Shown: positions 8,917 to 19,976, numbered from the stretch's first letter. The stretch: DNA of 64,000 bases from Dehalococcoidia bacterium (GCA_965216065.1 CBDCFB010000001.1:1554548-1618547), one strand, 5' to 3'. Made by a program: numbers and translations. The notes: generated from the sequence alone by a model not told the origin.

Positions 8917-10461
8917 CTATCCGGTCTGCTGGATGATCCAGTCGGCCACACGTTCACCGATCATGATGGTGGTGAGATTGGTGTTGGCCCGGATGACGTC
9001 GGGCATCACGGACGCATCGGCAACTCGCAGGTTCTCGATCCCGTGAACGCGGCCGTACTGGTCGACGACCGCCATGGGATCGCCGGAGGGGCCCATCTTG
9101 CAGGTTCCAGAGAGATGCTGCCCGATGTCCACGGTCTCGAGCATCCACTCGTCCAGCGTGTCGTCCGACTTGATCTCCTCAGCGGTGGGAGAAATGGCCT
9201 CCTCGACGATGTCGCTGAAGGACTCGTGCTCCATGAACTGGAAGGACATCCGAATGGCCTCCCGCATTCGCTGGCGGTCGACCTCCTCTTCGAGATGGCG
9301 GCAGTTGATATCCGGATTGTCCCCAGGGGTGGTAGAGCGCAGCTTAATTTCGCCGGAGCTCTTGGCCAGCTCCAGGATGCAGGTAAAGCGGATGCCCTCT
9401 TCGGCAAATGGGTCGCCTCCCAAAGGAGTGGAGAAAGACGACGGCAGAATCTGCATGTCGTTGCGCAGGTCGGAGCCGGATGCCGTGTAGCGGAGCACCG
9501 TCTGGATGCGCGGGGCCTCGGCGTCCAGAGGGAAGCCGGGCTTGGTCTTGACCCGCACTGCGCAGAGGGGATGATCGCGCAGGTTCTGGCCCACACCGGG
9601 GAGATCCTTGACCACTGGCACGCCCATCTCCTGCAAGTGTCCAGCCGGCCCGACGCCCGACAGCATCAGTATTTGCGGAGAAGCCACCGCCCCGGCGCTG
9701 AGAACAATCTGGTCGCTCTCGACGGTGAACGTCTCACCCCCGCTCTCCACCTCGACGCCGCAGGCCCTGACGCCGTCGAACAGGATGCGGCGCACCAGCA
9801 CGTTGCCGCGGATGGTGAAGTTGAGCCGGTGCCGGTTGTCGGTAATGTAAGTCAGGGCCGTACTCATCCGCACGCCGTTCGGGTTGTTCATGGGAAGCGG
9901 CCCGACGCCTGTCGAATCCGGGTGATTGTGGTCGTAGACTTCGGTGTAGCCCCCGGCGATGGAGGAGACGTGGAACGCCTCCTGGAGAGGCAGCCAGGCC
10001 TCGCGCTTGTGGCGGCGGACGGGGACCGGTCCGCTGTTGCCGTGGAAGTCGTCTACGATGTCGGTGTCGGTCTCTAGCTTGCGGAAGTAGGGCAGGCACT
10101 TCACGAATGACCACTCGTCGTTGCCCCATTCGGCCCAGCTGTCGTAGTCCTCGGGCACTCCGCGAAGGAAAACCTGGCCGTTGATGGCGCTGGTGCCGCC
10201 CACCACCCTGCCGCGGGGGACGACGACGTCCTCAGAGCGGACAGCGCTGCCCTTGCCGGTAAACGACCAGTTGTGGGGACCTCCCATCTCGGAAGCCCTT
10301 GGAGCGTAGCCAAACTTGAGGTCGTCGGGGGTCTGCTCGAGATCGACGTAGTCCGGCCCCGCTTCCAGCAGCAACACCGACCGGTTCGGGTCTTCGGCCA
10401 AGCGGCTGGCAAGTGCACCGCCACCGGAACCTGCGCCAATGACGATTACATCGTATTTCAT
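8917..10461 (-). CDS. GMC family oxidoreductase (choline dehydrogenase/MftG-like)
   Basis: GAGSGG FAD motif, GRVVGGTSAING, H-LSGTCKMG, LRVADASVMP..ANTN. Confidence 0.92.
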   Translation of the reverse strand: MKYDVIVIGAGSGGGALASRLAEDPNRSVLLLEAGPDYVDLEQTPDDLKFGYAPRASEMGGPHNWSFTGKGSAVRSEDVVVPRGRVVGGTSAINGQVFLRGVPEDYDSWAEWGNDEWSFVKCLPYFRKLETDTDIVDDFHGNSGPVPVRRHKREAWLPLQEAFHVSSIAGGYTEVYDHNHPDSTGVGPLPMNNPNGVRMSTALTYITDNRHRLNFTIRGNVLVRRILFDGVRACGVEVESGGETFTVESDQIVLSAGAVASPQILMLSGVGPAGHLQEMGVPVVKDLPGVGQNLRDHPLCAVRVKTKPGFPLDAEAPRIQTVLRYTASGSDLRNDMQILPSSFSTPLGGDPFAEEGIRFTCILELAKSSGEIKLRSTTPGDNPDINCRHLEEEVDRQRMREAIRMSFQFMEHESFSDIVEEAISPTAEEIKSDDTLDEWMLETVDIGQHLSGTCKMGPSGDPMAVVDQYGRVHGIENLRVADASVMPDVIRANTNLTTIMIGERVADWIIQQTG

Positions 10462-10509
10462 CCTTCGTGGCCTCCGTTTCCTAATAACTCTATATGTTCA
10501 AGGGATACT

Positions 10510-10541
10510 CCCTCACCCTAACCCTCTCCCGGAGGGAGAGG
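10510..10541. repeat. CCCTCACCC REP-like palindrome
   Basis: CCCTCACCCTAACCCTCTCCCGGAGGGAGAGG; sister of 7528-7560. Confidence 0.75.
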
Positions 10542-10590
10542 AGATTGCCCGGTCCTTCCCCCCAGAGAGGGAGTTGTCGGGGCGAATGGG

Positions 10591-12579
10591 CTAGTCGGCT
10601 ACGGGCTGCGCTTCGGCCAGTGTCCCTGCCATGGCGGCATAGTGCTCGGCGGCCTGCGCGACCAGGGGCGGGAGATCCTCCTCCAGCAGGTAGCCGTCAG
10701 CGACGAGTTGGCGGGCGTTGGCCTCGATGTGATCCAGAAAGGCCTGGCGGGACTCGTATCGCTCCTCGATGGAAGGGCGAGGGTCGCCGGAGGACTCACG
10801 TTCGGCGCGAGTGGCGGCAAAGGGGATGGAGGAGCCGCGCAAAGTGCCCCCCGAGGCGCCGCCGGTGGACAGCGTCTGCCCTTCGCCTCCGATGTCGGCG
10901 TGCCGACGGTTCCAGCCCAGGTGCGATGCCAGGGGCACCGAGACCAGGGGCAGCCGGATCCCCGCCACCTCGTTTCCGTCGGCGTCCACCTGTGACACGA
11001 GGCAGGGAAATTCTCGGCCCACGGTCGCTGGGACCACGGAAGGAACCCCGGGGTCGGGGCCGAAGTCCAGGCGGGTGAACTTCCGCACCGGGCTGGGGAG
11101 CCTCACGCCAGGTACCGCCTCCAGTCCGGGGGCTACCGCAGCGGGTGAGACGGCCGTGCCGTCTGCGATCCTCGGATACTGGCTGGGCGGTGCTGCCTCT
11201 CCGTAGGAAACCCACCGGTCCAGGTTCACCAGGGCCGCCCGCAACAGCGCCCGGTAGTCCAGGCAGTTGAAGGTGTGGGCTCCCCGGTAGCCATCGACCG
11301 GATCGGTGTCGGCGAGGGGAAGGCCACCGAGGGCATGCTGGGTGCCCGCGAAGGCGTACACGCGGACGGCATCGGGAGGCTCGAGATCGTGGGTGCCCTC
11401 AATGTCGGTGTGCACAAGCGCGCCGTGGCCCGCCCAGTACTCGGACGAGGTGTAGGTATTCATCACCTTGGGCAATTCACCCTGGGAAGCCAGCCGGGAC
11501 AGCAACCCGTCCGTCAGGCCGGTGTCAGGGTCGGTCTGCGGGGAGTCGGCAAAGGGGAAAAGGCTGTTGACGCTGCGGGTGGCCTGGCTGGAGGGCTGGG
11601 CGAAGCGCTGGTTGAACTCACCCCGCTTGCCGCCGGCCACATGGGGCATCAAGCCGTCGAAGACGGCACGCCCGGACTCGTCGTAGTTGAGGCCGTGGTA
11701 AAGGAAGGACCGCAGGAACCGGCCGCTCTGGGAGACGCCAAAGGCATAGGCGTGTTCGAGACCACCCTCGGCCTCGAAGCGCAGGTGGGAGGCAATATCG
11801 CGGGTGGCCACGAGTCCAAGCCCGGCCACGGGCGCGCCGGTGGTCGTGTAGATGACCTGGTACACCTTGCCCGGCTGGAATCCGCCCTCCAGATGGACAT
11901 GGCAGGGATCGGGAATCAGGCGGCCGTCCTCCAGTCTCGCGAACCACCACTGCTTCCGGGGTATGACGTGCTCACGGGCGTCCTCGTCGTCCTGGACGGT
12001 CATCACCGACTCCCAGTCCTCCAGCTTGTTGGCCGGATAGGCGCGGTGCAACCGGTCGGAAACGTACTGGACATCGGTCGGCGAGTTGGGCTGGAAGGTG
12101 ACCACGACCCTTCCGGAGACTGGCTTGCCGTCTTCCAGCGCTTCGGGAACCTGGATGCGCAACAGGCCGGGCGTGTCTGGAACGTCGTGCTGCCAGCCGC
12201 ACCATGCGACGGTATAGCCCTGGCGCATCAGGAACCCGTTGCCGGGGTCAAGGGGCGCGTCGGGCGCGACATCGGGCGCGCTGTTGATGTTGCGGAGGGC
12301 CAGCGCCTTACCACGATTCAGGACGTCCAGCAGCAGGCGCCCGTTGCCTTTCGAAGGGTCGTCGGGGCGCAGGATGCGGAAGTCGGACGAGAATTCCACC
12401 AGCCCCTGCCCGTTGCGGGGTGCCAGCGTGATGTCGGCGACGGTCTCGTTGGCCGGGTGCAACGGGTCCACGGCGAAATGGGCCGTACCCTCCACCTGGG
12501 TATAGGTACCGACCGTGCCGAAGGACTGCCCGTCGGCAAAAGGCTTCTGCGAAGTAATTTCGAGCCTGGTTACCGGCAT
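10591..12579 (-). CDS. Alpha/beta hydrolase domain protein (tannase-like/Abhydrolase_10 type)
   Basis: GVSQSGRFLR nucleophile motif, GWQHD, SSEYW, D.DGNE..GIRLP, DPRPSIEERY. Confidence 0.8.
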   Translation of the reverse strand: MPVTRLEITSQKPFADGQSFGTVGTYTQVEGTAHFAVDPLHPANETVADITLAPRNGQGLVEFSSDFRILRPDDPSKGNGRLLLDVLNRGKALALRNINSAPDVAPDAPLDPGNGFLMRQGYTVAWCGWQHDVPDTPGLLRIQVPEALEDGKPVSGRVVVTFQPNSPTDVQYVSDRLHRAYPANKLEDWESVMTVQDDEDAREHVIPRKQWWFARLEDGRLIPDPCHVHLEGGFQPGKVYQVIYTTTGAPVAGLGLVATRDIASHLRFEAEGGLEHAYAFGVSQSGRFLRSFLYHGLNYDESGRAVFDGLMPHVAGGKRGEFNQRFAQPSSQATRSVNSLFPFADSPQTDPDTGLTDGLLSRLASQGELPKVMNTYTSSEYWAGHGALVHTDIEGTHDLEPPDAVRVYAFAGTQHALGGLPLADTDPVDGYRGAHTFNCLDYRALLRAALVNLDRWVSYGEAAPPSQYPRIADGTAVSPAAVAPGLEAVPGVRLPSPVRKFTRLDFGPDPGVPSVVPATVGREFPCLVSQVDADGNEVAGIRLPLVSVPLASHLGWNRRHADIGGEGQTLSTGGASGGTLRGSSIPFAATRAERESSGDPRPSIEERYESRQAFLDHIEANARQLVADGYLLEEDLPPLVAQAAEHYAAMAGTLAEAQPVAD

Positions 12580-12635
12580 GGTTTACTCCTTCGTATCGCT
12601 TGGTATCGGACTCGAGACTAGCATTGGACCCGTAG

Positions 12636-13790
12636 TTACCGGTATTGGCGGAAGAACTCGCGGACTTCGTTGGCCAAGAGCTGCGGCTCTTCGAAAGCGG
12701 CAAAGTGACCGCCACGGGGCATCTCCTGCCAGCGGCCAACGTTGTAGGAACGCTCGGCCCACTCGCGTGGCGGGCGGGCTATCTCCTGAGGGAACATGGC
12801 CATTCCGGCTGGGGCAGGCACCTTCTCGTCCTTGGCCAACTCCCAGACGTGAGTCTGGTTCTCCCTGTACATCCGCACGGAGGAGCCGATGGTCTGCGAG
12901 ACCCAGTAGATCGTCACGATTGTGAGAAGCTCGTCCTTGGTGTAGATGCTCTCCACATCTCCGTTGCAGTCACTCCAGGTGCGCCACTTCTCCACGATCC
13001 AGGCGCAGACTCCGGCAGGCGAATCGTTCAGGCCGTACGACAGGGTCTGGGGCTTGGTACCCTGGATGTGATTGTAGCCGCCTTCATCCTGGAACCACCG
13101 TTCCCGCTGGGCGCTATGGGCTTCCTCGGCGGCCGTCAGCGCCCTCGAGTCCGGCCCCAGGTAGGGCGTGGGTCGGGTGACGGATGTGAGGTGGATTCCG
13201 TGCAGTTTGTCGGCGTGCGAGTAGCCAAGGCGTGAGGTCACGCCCGCGCCGATGTCCCCACCCACGGCCACGAACTTTTCGTACCCCAAGTTCTCCGTCA
13301 TCAGCTTGGCCCAGAGGTCGGCCACCCTGCCAATCTCCATGCCTCGCTCGCTTGAAGCCTGCGAAAATCCGAAGCCCGGCAGGGACGGCGCGACGACGTC
13401 GAAGGCGTCAACCGGGTCGCCGCCGTGGGCCGCAGGGTCGGCGAGCAGGGGTATGATCTTACTCATCTCGAAGAAGGTACTGGGCCACCCGTGGGTGATT
13501 ACCAGGGGGATGGGGTTGGGTCCGTTGCCCTTCTGGTGAATGAAGTGGATGTCGAGCCCGTCAACCACCGACTTGCAGTTATTGAAGGCGTTTAGCTTCT
13601 TTTCCTGCGCACGCCAGTCGAAGCCGGTTCGCCAGTATTCGCACAGTTCCTTGATGTAAGCAAGGTTGCTGCCGTAGTCCCACTCGGAGCCGGGGATTTC
13701 ATCCGGCCAGCGGGTGTCGGCTAGGCGTTGCCGCAGGTCCTCCAATGTGGCGTCGTCCACGGCAATCTCGAAGGGTCTGACTTCAGGCAT
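12636..13790 (-). CDS. Epoxide hydrolase (microsomal type)
   Basis: EHN N-terminus PFEI..DLRQRL..TRWP; HGWP; GGDIG; GGHFAAFEEP. Confidence 0.92.
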   Translation of the reverse strand: MPEVRPFEIAVDDATLEDLRQRLADTRWPDEIPGSEWDYGSNLAYIKELCEYWRTGFDWRAQEKKLNAFNNCKSVVDGLDIHFIHQKGNGPNPIPLVITHGWPSTFFEMSKIIPLLADPAAHGGDPVDAFDVVAPSLPGFGFSQASSERGMEIGRVADLWAKLMTENLGYEKFVAVGGDIGAGVTSRLGYSHADKLHGIHLTSVTRPTPYLGPDSRALTAAEEAHSAQRERWFQDEGGYNHIQGTKPQTLSYGLNDSPAGVCAWIVEKWRTWSDCNGDVESIYTKDELLTIVTIYWVSQTIGSSVRMYRENQTHVWELAKDEKVPAPAGMAMFPQEIARPPREWAERSYNVGRWQEMPRGGHFAAFEEPQLLANEVREFFRQYR

Positions 13791-13894
13791 ATTGCTTGCT
13801 CCTTGTTGGTCGCTGATGTTGGGGACTTAACCCCCAGCCTGACCCTCTTCCGGAGGGGGAGACGGTTGGCAACGGGTCGCTTGAATCTCCTTGG

Positions 13895-14908
13895 TCAGTC
13901 CAGGCGGTAGACGCGGGCGGCGGTATCGTGGAACATGTCGGCCCGCTCGGACGCCGAGTAGCCCGCGGACACTCGTTTGAAGGCATTGAACAGCACGTGG
14001 TATGAGAAGGACACCTTGTCGACCGGGAAGTTGCTTTCGAACATGCACCGTGCCGGGCTGAACTGCTCGATCAGGTAATGCATGATCGGAGCGATGGAGT
14101 CCGCCATCTCTTCCGAGCCCACGGGTGTCTCCCGCTCGTGCCAGTCGAAGCCGATGCGGGGCATGCCGATCCCGCCCAGTTTCATCACTATGTTGGGACA
14201 GGCGGCGACGGCTGCAATGCCCCGACGCCATTCGGCCATTACTTCCTCGTCCCGCCCGGCGTAGGGGCCTATGCGGCAGAAGCCGCCCAGGTGGTTCAAC
14301 ACGATGGTGACCTCGGGCACGGCATTGGCCAAGGAGGCTAGGTCGTCCAGCTGCGGGAAATACAGCGAGTTCTCGAGGACATGGCCCATGTCGGCCAGCA
14401 CGCGGGCGCCGGCCCGGTAGTCGTCGCGCAGAAGACAGCCCTCGACCTCGCGGTTGTCCAGCTCCGGGCTGGGGTCCCAGCCGACTGAGTGCCGAATTCC
14501 CCTGAAGCGGTTGGGGCTGGCCTCCTGCAGGGCTTCCAGCACTGGGCGAACTGCATCCCCCAGCTTCAGGTCGGCGCGGCCAATGATGCCGTGGGCCGGC
14601 TTGCCCGGACCGTACTGGCCAGTGGCACCGGCGTCGGCGATGGCCTGCACGAATTCCACCTCGCCCACCGAGCGCATCTCCTCGGGGCCGTCGGTGCGGT
14701 AGTTGGAGCGGGCCTCCACGAACACCGTCGACCGGACGTTATGCCCGCTGTTGATGTCTGCGGCAAGATGTTCTAGCAGGTATTGCTGGTAGTCCACCGG
14801 CTCTGGCCGCTGGACCCAGAAATGATGATGCGGATCGCAGATGGGTATCCCGGGTTCAAGGATTTCCTCGCTGGTCAATGCCAGCCATTCGTTGCCACTG
14901 GATGCCAT
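13895..14908 (-). CDS. Amidohydrolase family protein (amidohydro_2)
   Basis: DPHHH, FRGIRH, LNHLGG, MFESNFPVDK. Confidence 0.9.
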   Translation of the reverse strand: MASSGNEWLALTSEEILEPGIPICDPHHHFWVQRPEPVDYQQYLLEHLAADINSGHNVRSTVFVEARSNYRTDGPEEMRSVGEVEFVQAIADAGATGQYGPGKPAHGIIGRADLKLGDAVRPVLEALQEASPNRFRGIRHSVGWDPSPELDNREVEGCLLRDDYRAGARVLADMGHVLENSLYFPQLDDLASLANAVPEVTIVLNHLGGFCRIGPYAGRDEEVMAEWRRGIAAVAACPNIVMKLGGIGMPRIGFDWHERETPVGSEEMADSIAPIMHYLIEQFSPARCMFESNFPVDKVSFSYHVLFNAFKRVSAGYSASERADMFHDTAARVYRLD

Positions 14909-15038
14909 AGGTTACCTCTACCGTCGAAAGAATCAGGATAGATGGCGTTTCGGCGAATCATAGCACAAGGGAATGCCGAAATTTTCAACCTGCATGCACC
15001 CTTGTGCAATTGCGACAATCCTTTAAGGTAGAATTGTA

Positions 15039-16160
15039 TTGAGTCCTGCCCTCGGGCGGAAAAAGAGGGGATTTGACCTGAATCTCAGACTGAGTATTCT
15101 CGACCAGAGCCCGGTGCATGAATCGGAGGGCCCAGTCGAGGCCCTGCGTCGCACCATCGAGCTGGCCCAGAAGGCCGAGGAGTGGGGATTCCACCGGTTC
15201 TGGGTGGCGGAGCACCATGGCTCAAACCGCGTCATGGGATCGTCTCCCGAGATACTGGTATCCCACCTGCTGGCCCACACCTCACGAATTCGAGTCGGTT
15301 CCGGCGGCGTAATGCTGCAACATTACAGCCCCTACAAGGTTGCCGAGAACTTCAACGTCCTGGCCTCCCTCGCCCCAGGACGCGTCGACCTCGGCATCGG
15401 CCGGGGACCGGGCGGCCTGCCCCGCTCCACGGCGGCGCTGCGCCGCGGCGTCCTTCGACAGGGTCAGGATGAACGACAAGCTCAGGATGAACGGGAAGGG
15501 GAGTCTCACCACGAACCGGATATGACGCTGACGGAGAAGCTGGGTGAGCTGAAGCGCTTTCTGTTCGACGAACTGGAGGCGGACCATCCCTTGTCCGGGC
15601 TGCAGGCCAGTCCACTCCCGCCACAGCCACCTGACCTGTTCTTGCTTGGGACAACGCGATCCAGCGGTGATATGGCGGCGGAGTTGGCGATGCCCTACGT
15701 CTTCGCCCTGTTCCTGAACAACGACGAGGAAGAGATGGCGGAGGCCGTTCGGCGCTACCAGTCCGGCTTCGCCCTTCGACAAGCTCAGGATGATCAAGTC
15801 CAAGAAGGCGTCCGCCCCTGCACGATGCTGGCCCTGCCCGTAATCGTGGCCGACACCGACGAGGAAGCCGCCGAGTTCGCCTCCAGGATACAGGTCGTGC
15901 GCATCACCCTGGCGAGCGGGCGTACCCTGACAGTAGGCAGTGTCGAGGCTGGTGAGGAGTTCGGCAGGCAGTCCGGCGAACCTTACACGATCACTGTGCG
16001 ACAAGCAGGTGTCGTTCACGGAAATCGCGATTCGGTCAGACGGCAACTGCTGGATGTCCAGCAGAGATACAACGCGGACGAGATAATCGCTGTAACAGCC
16101 ATAGACAATTTCGCGAAACGCCTGCGCTCCTTCGAGTTGCTGGGCGGGTTGATAGAATAG
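15039..16160 (+). CDS. Luciferase-like flavin monooxygenase (MsnO8/CmoO-like) with two in-frame repeat insertions
   Basis: LSILDQSP, RFWVAEHH, RVGSGGVMLQHYSPYKVAENF; true start may be near 15078. Confidence 0.88.
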   Translation: MSPALGRKKRGFDLNLRLSILDQSPVHESEGPVEALRRTIELAQKAEEWGFHRFWVAEHHGSNRVMGSSPEILVSHLLAHTSRIRVGSGGVMLQHYSPYKVAENFNVLASLAPGRVDLGIGRGPGGLPRSTAALRRGVLRQGQDERQAQDEREGESHHEPDMTLTEKLGELKRFLFDELEADHPLSGLQASPLPPQPPDLFLLGTTRSSGDMAAELAMPYVFALFLNNDEEEMAEAVRRYQSGFALRQAQDDQVQEGVRPCTMLALPVIVADTDEEAAEFASRIQVVRITLASGRTLTVGSVEAGEEFGRQSGEPYTITVRQAGVVHGNRDSVRRQLLDVQQRYNADEIIAVTAIDNFAKRLRSFELLGGLIE

Positions 16161-16208
16161 GGGCATTCCTGCTCTCGAACCATCTCCTTCAGGAGGAGGT
16201 CCCGGACA

Positions 16209-17555
16209 ATGGCCAAACGCCAGAAGATGCGCATAGGGGTTTTCCTGGCCGGAACCGGCTCCAACATGGCGTCGTGGCGCCATCCAACCGCCGTCCCCGA
16301 CGCGGCCATCAACCTGGAATACTACCGAGACCTCACGCGAAGGGCCGAAGAGGCCAAGCTGGACTTCGCCTTCTTCGGTGACGGCCTGTACGTCAGCGAG
16401 AAGTCTCACCCCAACTTCCTGAACCGCTTCGAACCGCTGACGCTCCTGGCCGCACTCGCCATGGACACAACCCACATAGGCCTCGCCGCCACGCTCTCCA
16501 CGACCTACAGCGACCCCTTCACCGTGGCGCGGCAGTTCATGTCCATCGACCACATATCCAACGGGCGGGCCGGCTGGAACGTTGTGACCTCGCCGCTGGA
16601 AGGATCGGCCCTGAACTACAGCAGGCCGGAGCATCCGGCCCACGACCTGCGCTACCGGATGGCGGCCGAATACATCGAGATCGCCAAGGGGCTCTGGGAC
16701 TCGTGGGAGGATGACGCCTTCATCCGGGACCAGGCAAGTAACGAGTTCATTGACCCGGACAAGATGCACCGCCTGGACCATGCTGGCGAGTTCTTCTCGG
16801 TGCAGGGGCCGCTGAACATCTCCCGCTCTCCCCAGGGACGACCGGTGCTGATACAGGCCGGGTCCTCTGAGGCGGGACGGGGCTTCGCCGCAACCATAGC
16901 CGACGCAGTGTTCACCGGGCAGGCCACACGAGCCGACGCCGAGGCTTTCAGCAGGGACGTCAAGGGCCGCGCCGCCGCGGCTGGCAGGGACCCCGACGAG
17001 GTCCTGATCCTCCCCGGCTGCTCTCCAATCGTGGGCCGCACCCTCGAGGAAGCCGAGGAGAAGTACCTCGAAATAGCCGGCCTCGTCGACATCAACCAGG
17101 CCCTGAACTACCTGGGCCGCTACTTCAATGACCTGGATTTCACGCAGTACGATCTGGACGCCCCCTTCCCCGAGTTGGGGGACTTCGGCCGCAACGGTTG
17201 GGAAAGCTCCACCGACAGCATCAAGAAGACCGCCCGCGAAAAGGAATTGACCCTGCGCGAGATGGCGCTGCAGCTGACCACGGGGCGTCACCCGTTCATC
17301 GGTACGCCAACGCATGTGGCGGACACGATGCAGGAATGGTTTGAGTCGGGGGCGTGCGACGGATACATGCTGAGCGGCGCCGTCCTTCCTCAAGGCTTCA
17401 ACGACTTCGTTGATTTTGTTCTGCCCATTCTCAAGGAGCGGGACCTGTTCCGGACCGAGTACGAGGCAGACACACTTCGCGGCAACCTCGGACTGCCGAA
17501 GACTGAGAACCGTTACACTGCCGCCCGCAATAAGGGTGCTACAACGAAGGAATAG
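16209..17555 (+). CDS. NtaA/DmoA (MoxC/CmoJ-like) FMN-dependent monooxygenase
   Basis: [51 protein letters not shown]. Confidence 0.92.
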   Translation: MAKRQKMRIGVFLAGTGSNMASWRHPTAVPDAAINLEYYRDLTRRAEEAKLDFAFFGDGLYVSEKSHPNFLNRFEPLTLLAALAMDTTHIGLAATLSTTYSDPFTVARQFMSIDHISNGRAGWNVVTSPLEGSALNYSRPEHPAHDLRYRMAAEYIEIAKGLWDSWEDDAFIRDQASNEFIDPDKMHRLDHAGEFFSVQGPLNISRSPQGRPVLIQAGSSEAGRGFAATIADAVFTGQATRADAEAFSRDVKGRAAAAGRDPDEVLILPGCSPIVGRTLEEAEEKYLEIAGLVDINQALNYLGRYFNDLDFTQYDLDAPFPELGDFGRNGWESSTDSIKKTAREKELTLREMALQLTTGRHPFIGTPTHVADTMQEWFESGACDGYMLSGAVLPQGFNDFVDFVLPILKERDLFRTEYEADTLRGNLGLPKTENRYTAARNKGATTKE

Positions 17556-17557
17556 CC

Positions 17558-18133
17558 ATGCCCTCAACCCTGCTCGCCATTCACGGTACTGTGACCCGGC
17601 CCGGACGGCTGTACCAGGCCATCAATGCAGCGCTGTCGGGGTTGGAGGGAGAGGCACAGCCGGCGGTCGACCTGCTTCACCTGGGCGACCACCGCGTTTC
17701 GTTCGCCGACGGCCGGCCACTGTCTGACTACGACGATGACACGGAGGCGGTGGTAAATCGAGTGGTGGCTGCCGACATGTACCTGATAGCCACACCCGTT
17801 TTCCGTGCCTCGTTCACCGGGGCGCTCAAGAACCTGCTGGACCATGTGCCGGTCGAGGGGCTGCAGGGCAAAGCCTGCGGCCTGATCGTCATGGGCGCCA
17901 CCGACCACCACTACCTGAGCGTAGACGCCCAGCTAAGGCCGGTGCTGGCATGGTTCGGCGCCCATGTAGTCCCCGGGATGGTGTACCTGCAGTCCCGCCA
18001 CTTCCTGGATGGCCTGCTGAACGATGCGCAGGCCATCGCCGACTTGCAATCGCTGGCCCGTTCGGTCGTGGCGCTCCACAACGCCGCCATCCGGGGCGAC
18101 CTGTCCGGACCCTCTCCCCTGGCCGCCCGCTGA
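17558..18133 (+). CDS. NAD(P)H-dependent FMN reductase (SsuE/MsuE-like)
   Basis: ATPVFRASFTGALKNLLD; cotranscribed with the two monooxygenases. Confidence 0.88.
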   Translation: MPSTLLAIHGTVTRPGRLYQAINAALSGLEGEAQPAVDLLHLGDHRVSFADGRPLSDYDDDTEAVVNRVVAADMYLIATPVFRASFTGALKNLLDHVPVEGLQGKACGLIVMGATDHHYLSVDAQLRPVLAWFGAHVVPGMVYLQSRHFLDGLLNDAQAIADLQSLARSVVALHNAAIRGDLSGPSPLAAR

Positions 18134-18404
18134 CCCACCTCTCGGCCCGGTTGTAAATCTCTCTGGTAAGCCGGGCCTGTCCGCAATACCGCCGGGCCTC
18201 TTGATGGATGGTTAGGGACGGCCTTCTTGTTTACGAATTATATTCACAAATATACAGATTCCAACTATTTGTTACTAAACTCACAATATAATTTTATTAA
18301 ATCAGAGTTGCAGTGGCAAATTGCGTTTGCTGAATTGCCGCGCAATCGGCGCACTTGGTGGGATTCGCCGCCGGTTTGGGGAAATACATTCAGGAGCGTC
18401 ACTC

Positions 18405-19792
18405 ATGAGATACCTGATTCTCTCTGCAGTCTTGGACCCTCTTTATGGCGGTATGCCTAGCCTGCGGTGGTGCAGCCGAGCCCACTGAAGCGCCAGCCCC
18501 GACGGCGGCTCCCGCGGCAACATCCGCCCCGGCGATGTCCGACGCGGACTCTGACCTCCAGGCAGTCGCGGCCGAGTTGGCGGGGGGGCCGGGCGCCATA
18601 TACGCTGGCGACCTGAGCCAACTGGTCGGGCCCGTCCCGGAGCCTATTGCCGACGACATCGGCGACTACGACGGAGTTCCGCACGAGGGACTGGAAGACT
18701 ACCTGTATGTCTTCGACTCCGACTATTACCGGCAGATGATCGAACAGGCCAACCTGACCAATCCCACCCAGGCCACCAGCACCGGGCTGGAATTGACTTA
18801 CCAGTTTGCCTGTATCAACCGCGCTCTCACCCACTGCAAGATCTCGTAGTGGTTCTCGGAGCGGGTTGAGGAACGCACCAATGGCCAGCTGAAAATAGAA
18901 ATCATCGGCTACCCGGAGCTGGGCATAGCTGGCCCGGACGTTCTGGAGCTGTTGGCCAACGGCACGCCGTCCTTCGCCGACCTCCCCGCGGCCCACACGG
19001 CGGGCGGACCTGCCGGCCATGGACATGAAGTATCTCTGGGGCATGTACCCGGACAACGAGACCTTCTACAGGGCCACGGCCGCTTCCATACCGGACCTCG
19101 ACACCGGACCTCAACCGGCTGATCGAGGAGCGCACCGGCGGCGGAGTCACTATCTTCCAGCTCTGGCGCGTGCCCGAGAATGAGATTTTCTTCTTTAGCA
19201 AGGAGCCATCGAAAATCTGGAGGACTTTGAGGGGCTGAAGGTCCGAAGCTTCGGCGGTGCGCTGTCCGACATGATCGACGGCATGGGCTCCGAGGCTCAA
19301 TGGGTGGCCTTCACCGAGGTCTACACCGCACTGGAGAGGGGCATCCTGGACGGTGGTGCCACCGGAGCCAACGCGGCGTACGGCCAGCGTTGGTACGAGG
19401 TAGCCGACTACATCTCAGGCCCCCTGCCCCTCTTCACGGTGGAGAACGCCACTTTCAATTACGACGTGTGGCAGGAAATACCCGCGGACTTCCGCCAGAT
19501 CCTGATAGAGGAAGGGGCAATATGCGAGCTGTAGTTCTTCCGGGTTACTCCTGTACTGTCATCCCCGGGCATTCCCAAACTGCTGGACGAAGGGATGATA
19601 TACACACCCTTCAACGATGAGATCAAGAAACACCTGATCGAGGAAGTGGCCCTGAAATATGTCATCCGCCAATGGGTGAATCGCGTCGGCGGTTACGACG
19701 CCGAGGCGGTGGAACTCTTCAATAAGAACGTCGGCCCGGTTGCTGGCATCCGGATCAATCCCGACGGAACTGCGTCACTGATTGACCACTAG
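18405..19792 (+). pseudogene. TRAP DctP-like solute-binding lipoprotein, degraded copy 1
   Basis: Homologous to 20107..21564 (ACGGAAEPT, AGGPGAIY.GDL, FACINRA, FTEVYTALERGILD) but with a frameshift in the signal peptide, TAG at 18847 and 19532, and further frameshifts. Confidence 0.85.
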
Positions 19793-19814
19793 CGACCCCG
19801 GATAACATCGCTCA

Positions 19815-19846
19815 AAGGGGCCTTGAATTTCAGGGCCCCATTATTT
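19815..19846 (+). terminator. Intrinsic terminator after DctP copy 1
   Basis: GGGGCCTTGAA-T-TTCAGGGCCCC followed by ATTATTTT. Confidence 0.65.
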
Positions 19847-19976
19847 TGCGATATTCTGTCGATCTGTTATTCGTTATTAATAACTATTGGAATATTTATT
19901 AATCATTATTCGTAGAAATTAAAGCGACTATCGCCAGTTAAACATTATTATTATTGACACTGTTACGTATTTTGGC

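Noticed and set aside
15282-17567. Long antisense ORFs (also 152..946, 8896..10077, 11275..12621, 54875..57187 and others)
   Set aside because: Shadows of real genes on the opposite strand in GC-rich DNA; no recognisable motifs.
18847-19534. In-frame TAG codons in DctP copy 1 as pyrrolysine or readthrough
   Set aside because: The same gene carries several frameshifts, so ordinary pseudogenisation explains them.
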